From Phaeosaccion multiseriatum (Eukaryota > Protista > Ochrophyta, other classes): a stretch of DNA of 64,000 bases. Positions 60,566 to 64,000 of the stretch are shown here, one piece after another. The stretch lies in NCBI GenBank assembly GCA_965112735.1, contig OZ218952.1, forward strand, positions 1,488,001-1,552,000, read 5' to 3'. The position numbers and the translations under genes are program-made. Under the pieces are notes generated by a model. That model did no database searches. It saw only the letters and a program-made list of their open reading frames with translations, and had not been told where the DNA came from. Within the stretch, counting starts at the first letter, position 1. The number at the start of each line of letters is the position of its first letter.

Positions 60566-60999
60566 TAAGGGTCATGTAGTATACTTATTAACCCCATTAA
60601 TGGGTTTTTATATCGTCGGGACACTGTTCTCGCGCATTTGACGTGATGGCACGTGGGAGGTAGATCAGAGTCTCCTCTATCTCTGACTATCAGTCTCTTC
60701 TGTCTCTGACTGTCAATGGGAGGTACATCAGAGTCTCCTCTATCTCTGACTGTCAAATGTAGATATATCAGATTGGTAACGCTACTTCCGTAGCGTATGA
60801 TACGCGGTGTCGGAAATCTGCTAAAACCCCATTTTTGGTCGCCTCGTTTCTGCCGCCACAGCGGCAGCCAAGGCCGAGGCTTACAGTGAGAGATAGAGGA
60901 GTCCTAGCTCGAAGAGGAAGGGGAAACAACGTTGAGGAAACTCAAACCCCCATTAACGGGGTTTTAGATGGGGGTTTTACAATTCATGATGACTCTGTA
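60566..60999. mobile_element. Degenerate non-autonomous TIR element (~430 bp)
   Basis: Imperfect terminal inverted match (GTCAT..AACCCCATTAATGGG left versus CCCATTAACGGGGTT..ATGACTCTG-TA right). Inner inverted pair CTCCTCTATCTCTGACTGT / ACAGTGAGAGATAGAGGAG. 25-bp direct repeat at 60664 and 60727. Confidence 0.55.
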
Positions 61000-61217
61000 A
61001 ACACTCGATTTGCGTAAGCATCGCCCAAATCGCCCCCAATTTTTTAGACACTTGTAGCAAAATGACGCTGGGAGAAGGAGAAGCGCTATAGCTCTTCGTG
61101 TAGCTCTTTGAGATGCCTATCGATCAATAGTCTTTCGGCTTTCATCGCTTTTTCCCTTCCCTACTTGTCAGTATATAAAACGGGCGATTTGGGCGATTCT
61201 TACGCAAATCGAGAGTT
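61000..61217. mobile_element. 218-bp MITE with 36-bp TIRs
   Basis: AACACTCGATTTGCGTAAGCATCGCCCAAATCGCCC (61000-61035) versus the reverse complement of 61182-61217, 2 mismatches. Confidence 0.85.
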
Positions 61218-62301
61218 GAAAACATTGGACGAACATCAGATCTTCCACTGATCGCCACTCCTCTACCCCTTAGTCGGTTGCACACTCGCTACCTCGTTGC
61301 CCTCAGCGCCTCTGCTCGCATGGAAGGCATGAACCAACAACGCTCTTCGATCCCTTCCTGCCCTCTCCCTCCCCTTCGACTCCACGGTACACAAGAATGC
61401 GCTACCAACGTATAGTTCCAGCAGCCGTATGGAGGGATTCCTCGCCTTGACGGGCGTGGGGTCGTCGTTTCAAGTCGGCTGAGGGCGCCCCTATGGTGCC
61501 ATCTGCTGCTCCCTTAAGGATATCAACAGCCCGGGGGATTCCTCTCTGAACACTGAAGGGCCTGGCCCGAGATATCAGCGCCTGCAGGGCCTGGCCCGCC
61601 TTCCACACGCATGCACGCTCGCAGCGCCTTCCGTCCGCGCCTTTTTCTCGCTCTCGCCGCCACCATTATCTCCTCTAGCACCACCCACTCGCCCTTCTGC
61701 ATCTCGTCCTCATCATCACCCCCTGCTCCTTCTGAGCGATAGAGATGGTAGGCAGACACAAATCTTCGGATCGTGTTCTCCACGCGGGCGCCCTTTCTCC
61801 TTTTGCGCACAGCGTGGTAGGGCGGCAGCAATACTCTACTCCGACCCACAGCCGCAACCATACCCTTCGAAAGCTCCGTGTCCCGACGGCCCCAGCAGGC
61901 TGTGGCAGTATCAGGAACAGGCCATGGGGCAACTGGATTCCGTTTCCCGCATGGAGCCTCAGCCCTGCAAGCAAACCCGCCCCATTGTACTCTTCCGTTG
62001 CGTCCTTCCCTTCCTCTTGTCTATCATTTCCCGCAATTGAAGGGTGACGTTTCGCCCTCTTTCTTCCTCTCCTACTCACGTCGGTGGCAGCTCCTTGCGT
62101 GGGCACAGGCATATACTGCAAAGTCTCCTCTTTCTGCTCCGCTCGCTCCCTTTTCACTCGTGCATGCCTCTTGCACATCCCACCACATGCACCCTAGGCC
62201 TGTTTCCACCACCCCTCCTCACCATAATCCACCATCCATCCACCTCCAGTCCTTGACCACTCTCCGATGCCTTCCACCACACACACATTTCCCCAATTAG
62301 C

Positions 62302-62485
62302 ACTCACCTCAAGCGCCCGACTACCGAGCCCATAAGCTCTAAGATACATCTCACACGCTCAACAGAGCACCTCTTGCCCACCGGTCCGTGGAGAGCTTCT
62401 CGCGCTCCGACTCACCTCAAGCGCCCGAATACCGAGCCCTAGGCTCTAATATACATCTCGCACTCCTCAACAGACCATCTCTTGA
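62302..62485. repeat. ~75-bp degenerate direct repeat with 108-bp period
   Basis: ACTCACCTCAAGCGCCCGA.TACCGAGCCC...CTCTAA.ATACATCTC.CAC..CTCAACAGA..CTCTTG at 62302 and 62410. Confidence 0.8.
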
Positions 62486-63003
62486 CCACTATCACTGCTC
62501 CGTGGCCAAGGCAAAGTCCTCCCTGCCTCGAGTTGTCCCCAGCGTCCTTGAACTGCCTTTGAGAGTAAAAAATGCACCTGGCGAAGTTGACATCAGGATC
62601 TCCGTGGCCCCTCCCTTCCTTTCTCTTGGGGATCCCGGCTGAGAGATAGGGTCTTTGAAGAGGTCGAGGGAGGGGGGAAGGTTTGGTAAGGCCGGCCCGG
62701 CGCCGCGGGCCGGTGCCGCCCGCCAAAGCGCCAAAGTCGCCTCACAGATGGCTCGGATTTGAATAATGGCCGTTTGGTTGCGCAGCCCAGCCCGTCATTG
62801 CTACTGCTACTGCTGCTGCTACTGCTGCTGCTGCAGCAGCTTGTGCGCTCCCTCAAAGCTCAGCTGATCCATCTGCTCGAAGGCCTCCACAACGGTCCAC
62901 TTTCATCGCCATCAGCGAAGAGCAGCGGCCGCAGCACAACACCCTGTCGTGCAGGGCGGTGTGAATTTGTATTGCCTTCTGTGCAAGAGAGGGGGAAGGA
63001 ACC

Positions 63004-64000
63004 ATGCCGTACACAAAGACTGGCCTAAAGGTGCGAGAACGCGAAGGGGGTGTTTGGGAGAGCCCTGCTGCCCAGGACATGCTACGGAGTAGGAGAAGGA
63101 GCAAGAGCGTACCAAGGAGGAGACCATTGGCTACTCTGCATATGCAAGGGTCTCCACAGCGGTTGAGGTCTGCGAGTCAACACCCTCGAGGAGGAGCCGC
63201 AGCTGCTAGAAGGAGGGGATCAGTTGGGCCATACGCCGCAATGGCCTACGAACTTGAGGATGAAGAGAACGATGCTACGAACAACAGTGGTGCGTACAAC
63301 AGGGCGAGGGGCGGAGCCGCAGCAGGGAGAAGGAAGCCTGAGTGGAATCGTTGGCAGCACGACGCATCGGAGTATCGCCTGACGAGGGAGGAGGAGCTAC
63401 AGAAGAGGAGCTCTCTCATTAGCAAACACAACATCCTGTTCTTCAAGCCGCAGGATCCACACGCGACGGTCTCTCGCAAGCGTCGAGGTAGCAAGCGCAA
63501 GGGGAGCAAGAGAGCGGCACTGGAAGAGGCGACGGGTAGGGGTAGTAGTGCCTATGCTGGTGGGGTAGGAGGAGGAGGACCCAACAAGGAAAATTGTGAC
63601 CCTGCCAACAAGGAGAATTTTGATCCTGCTGCTGCCTTTGGGCCCCCGTGTGCCGCTGGAAGGAGGGGGGCAAAGGTGCAGCACAGAGCCGGCCGAGGAA
63701 GCGAGGAGAGGCATGTCCTTGCACCCTTGATGCTTTCCCGGGTTGCCTCTCGGAAGGCAGCGAGCGCTGCTACAGAAGCGGCGGGAAGGGGAGGAGGAGG
63801 AGGAGGAGGAGGAGGAGGAGGAGGAGGAGGGGGAGGAGAAGACGGCAAGAACGTGAGCCAATCTATCCTTGTCCCGATCGCCATCTCGGGAGAGGATGTG
63901 GCCCGTTCTGCTACTGCTGCTACTGCTGCTCCTACTGCCCCAATGGTGGACGGCAAGGGGCCAGCCCTCGTAAACATTGTCAACATCGAGGACGAAATTG
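63004..64000 (+). CDS. SPICE1-like (spindle/centriole-associated) protein, 3'-truncated; not in the ORF track because it runs off the window
   Basis: Open frame from ACCATG (63004) to the window end. KPEWNRWQHDASEYRLTREEELQKRSSLISKHN resembles the SPICE1 N-terminal W..D...[HY]R.T.E.L......SKN block (from memory). Two KEN boxes. Confidence 0.6.
   Translation, partial: MPYTKTGLKVREREGGVWESPAAQDMLRSRRRSKSVPRRRPLATLHMQGSPQRLRSASQHPRGGAAAARRRGSVGPYAAMAYELEDEENDATNNSGAYNRARGGAAAGRRKPEWNRWQHDASEYRLTREEELQKRSSLISKHNILFFKPQDPHATVSRKRRGSKRKGSKRAALEEATGRGSSAYAGGVGGGGPNKENCDPANKENFDPAAAFGPPCAAGRRGAKVQHRAGRGSEERHVLAPLMLSRVASRKAASAATEAAGRGGGGGGGGGGGGGGGGEDGKNVSQSILVPIAISGEDVARSATAATAAPTAPMVDGKGPALVNIVNIEDEI

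Overview
Eukaryotic, GC-rich, intron- and microsatellite-dense genomic window. It most likely comes from a photosynthetic stramenopile with a secondary red plastid, inferred from bipartite signal-peptide + ASAF-like presequences and a PyShell-like gene. Supported genes in order: 5'-truncated FAB1/PIKfyve (+), a coiled-coil protein (-), a WRKY19-like Cys/His-repeat protein (+), a plastid-targeted TrmA/RlmD-family m5U RNA methyltransferase (+), SMC2 (-), a zf-PARP-RAD16 helicase (+), a PyShell-like protein (-), a G/N/Y/R-rich disordered protein (+), CTF8 (-), an ankyrin protein (+), BRAP2/ETP1 (-), a second ankyrin protein (+), a His-rich ZIP transporter (+) and a 3'-truncated SPICE1-like ORF (+). 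Several MITE-like elements are also present. The best candidate for a new system is the head-to-head, intronless pair at 39.1-43.3 kb. It consists of a pyrenoid-shell-like protein and an unannotated prion-like protein that share a private peptide motif (RN[IV]NT[IV]G.QG), suggesting a shell + matrix-linker module of a CO2-concentrating pyrenoid. The second most striking signal is a 15-bp motif (GCAGTTGGTGATACA) dispersed about 20 times on both strands, in introns and in three different reading frames of exons. All family assignments are from motif recognition by eye; no searches were run.
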